From Mobula hypostoma (lineage: Eukaryota): a stretch of DNA of 64,000 nt. Positions 62,029-64,000 of the stretch are shown in pieces. The position numbers and the translations under genes are program-made. A model generated the notes under the pieces. That model was not told where the DNA came from, did no database searches, and saw only the letters and a list, made by a program, of their open reading frames with translations. Positions within the stretch are counted from its first letter, which is position 1. Each line of letters opens with the position of its first letter. The DNA is taken from assembly GCF_963921235.1 (NCBI RefSeq), contig NC_086108.1, positions 48,734,001 through 48,798,000 on the forward strand, written 5' to 3'.

Positions 62029-63037
62029 ACACAACCTATGGACTCGCTTTCAAGGATTCTTCATCTCATGTTCTTGATATTTATTTCTTATTAATTTATT
62101 GTTATTATATTTTTTATTTTTTTCTCAGCTCAAGCTGGTAAAAACCGAGGTATGGACATGGCCAAGCACACTCATTTCTCAATTGCTAGGAACTTTTGGA
62201 CAATTCTGGTGGCATTTAGTATCATGACTTTATGGAGATTTACTTAAATATTTCTGTATCAGCTGAATTGTTTAACGCTATTGTGTAGTGACTTTGGGAT
62301 AACACCATTTGTAAGCATTACTACAGAATTAAGAAAATGTATACTTGTTACCTGGACTATTCCTCTTCTCACCCGGTCTCTTGCAAAAATGCCATCCCCT
62401 CCTCGCAATTCCTCCGTCTCCGCCGCATCTGCTCTCAGGATGAGGCTTTTCATTTCAGGACAAAGGAGATGCCCTCCTTTTTTAAAGAAAGGGGCTCCCC
62501 TTCCTCCACCATCAACTCTGCTCTTGAACGTATCTCCCCCATTTCACCGACATCTGCTCTCACTCCATCCTCCTGCCACCCCCACTAGGAATAGGGTTCC
62601 CCTTGTCCTCACCTACCACCCCACCAGCCTCTGGGTCCAACGTATAATTCTCCATAACTTCCGCCACCTCCAACGGGATCCCACCACTAAGCACATCTTT
62701 CCCTCCCCCCCCACCCCCCGCTTTCTGTAGGGATCGCTCCCTACATGACTCCCTTGTCCATTCGTTCCCCCCCATCCCTCCCCACCAATCTCCCTCCTGG
62801 CACTTAACCTTGTAAGTGAAACAAGTGCTACACATGCCCTTACACTTCCTCCCTTACCACCATTCAGGGCCCCAAACAGTCCTTCCAGGTGAGGTGACAC
62901 TTGACCTGTGAGTCTGTCTGTCTGTGTCTTGTTTTACAGTGGTTGGCATCCAGCTTAATGATGCATTACTGCCACCTTCTGCTCTGGAATGTGCACTGGA
63001 CATATAATCTAAATCCCTTCACCCAATCTCGCTCGCG

Positions 63038-63041
<4 letters not shown>

Positions 63042-63087
<46 letters not shown>
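63042..63087. repeat. (CA)n microsatellite
   Basis: Direct read of the sequence. Confidence 0.95.
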
Positions 63088-63088
<1 letters not shown>

Positions 63089-63774
63089 CTACACTTTACC
63101 CTCCCATCTTTGACCATCCTAGTACCCTATTCCTGTTTATCCATCATATCCCATAAAAAAACCCCTGTACCCCACCTGATGTGATATACTGCGTCTGGTG
63201 CTCCTGATGCGGCCTTCTATATATTGGCGAGACCCGACACAGACTGGGAGATTGTTTTGCTGAAAACCTACGCTCTGTCCGCCAGAGAAAGTAGGATCTC
63301 CCAGTGGCCGCACATCTTAGTTCCACATCCCATTCCCATTCTGATATGTCTATCCACGGCCTCCTCTACTGTAAAGATGATGCCACACTCAGGTTGGAGG
63401 AACAACACCTTATATTCCGTCTGGGTAGCCTCCAACCTGATGCCATGAACACTGACTCCTCAAACTTCCACTCATGCCCCACCTCCCCCTCGTACCCCAT
63501 ACGTTATTTATTTATATATATATATACATTCTTTTTCTCTCTCTCCTTTTTCTCCTTCTGTCCCTCTCACTATACCCCTTGCCCATCCTCTGGGCTTCTC
63601 CCCTCCCCCTTTCTTTCACCCTAGGCCTCCTGTCCCATGATCCTCTCATATCCCTTTTGCCAATCACCTGTCCAGCTCTTGGCTTCATCCCTCCCCCTCC
63701 TGTTCTCTCCTATCATTTCGCATCTCCCCCTCCCCCTCCCACTTTCAAATCTCTTACTAGCTCTTCCTTCAGTT

Positions 63775-63810
63775 AGTCCTGATGAAGGGTCTCGGCCCGA
63801 AACGTCGACT
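63775..63810 (+). ncRNA. Minimal hammerhead ribozyme (PLE pLTR)
   Basis: agtcCTGATGAagggtctcggcccGAAAcGTCgact, intact. Confidence 0.85.
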
Positions 63811-64000
63811 GTACCTCTTCCTAGAGATGCTGCCTGGCCTGCTGCGTTCAGCAGCAACTTTTATGTGTGTTACTTGTTACTTTTCCATAGTTTTTCAATT
63901 TCCTCTTTTAATTAAGCATATTTCTGCTTTTTTTTACTTCTTGATTTCTGTATGTTGTGTGTGTGTTTCGAATGTCTATATCTATTAAATAAGTTGTTCT

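Larger units (their letters stand above)
61005..62110 (+). mobile_element. Rex1/Babar-type LINE 3' fragment, interrupted at 61582-62028
   Basis: AWYGNTNALEWKSLQNVLDMAQTITG; 3' UTR collinear with the 22300 copy. Confidence 0.8.
62352..63870 (+). mobile_element. 5'-truncated Penelope-like element with an internal ~265-bp foreign insert
   Basis: LDYSSSHPVSCKNAIPSSQFLRLRRICSQDE through GIY-YIG to pLTR; TSD TACTTGTTAC at 62342-62351 and 63871-63880. Confidence 0.92.

Overview
Vertebrate genomic DNA, probably a cartilaginous fish such as a ray; this is inferred from the repeat complement and TPR divergence and is not proven. The backbone is the 5' part of TPR (nuclear pore basket coiled-coil protein) on the minus strand. 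I traced 29 consecutive GT-AG coding exons by hand from the ATG at 52487 to position 804: 4041 nt, 1347 codons, frame continuous, and the gene continues beyond the left edge. Exon 1 lies in a CpG-rich promoter with ZNF143, YY1-like and CRE half-site motifs. The introns and the 11 kb upstream are filled with decayed transposons: CR1-clade and Rex1/Babar-type LINEs, Tigger, Tc1, Chapaev3 and hAT DNA elements, and many Penelope-like elements (PLEs). The most striking non-gene signal is a minimal type-I hammerhead ribozyme in the PLE terminal repeat (pLTR), with about 8 near-intact and several decayed copies. These PLEs repeatedly inserted as fold-back units with 9-15 bp target-site duplications (TSDs) and microhomology at the junctions. 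One such hairpin, carrying a hammerhead in the TPR sense orientation, sits about 80 nt from an exon donor. PLE-associated hammerheads are a known class; the fold-back architecture, nesting and mechanistic clues here are the observations worth checking.
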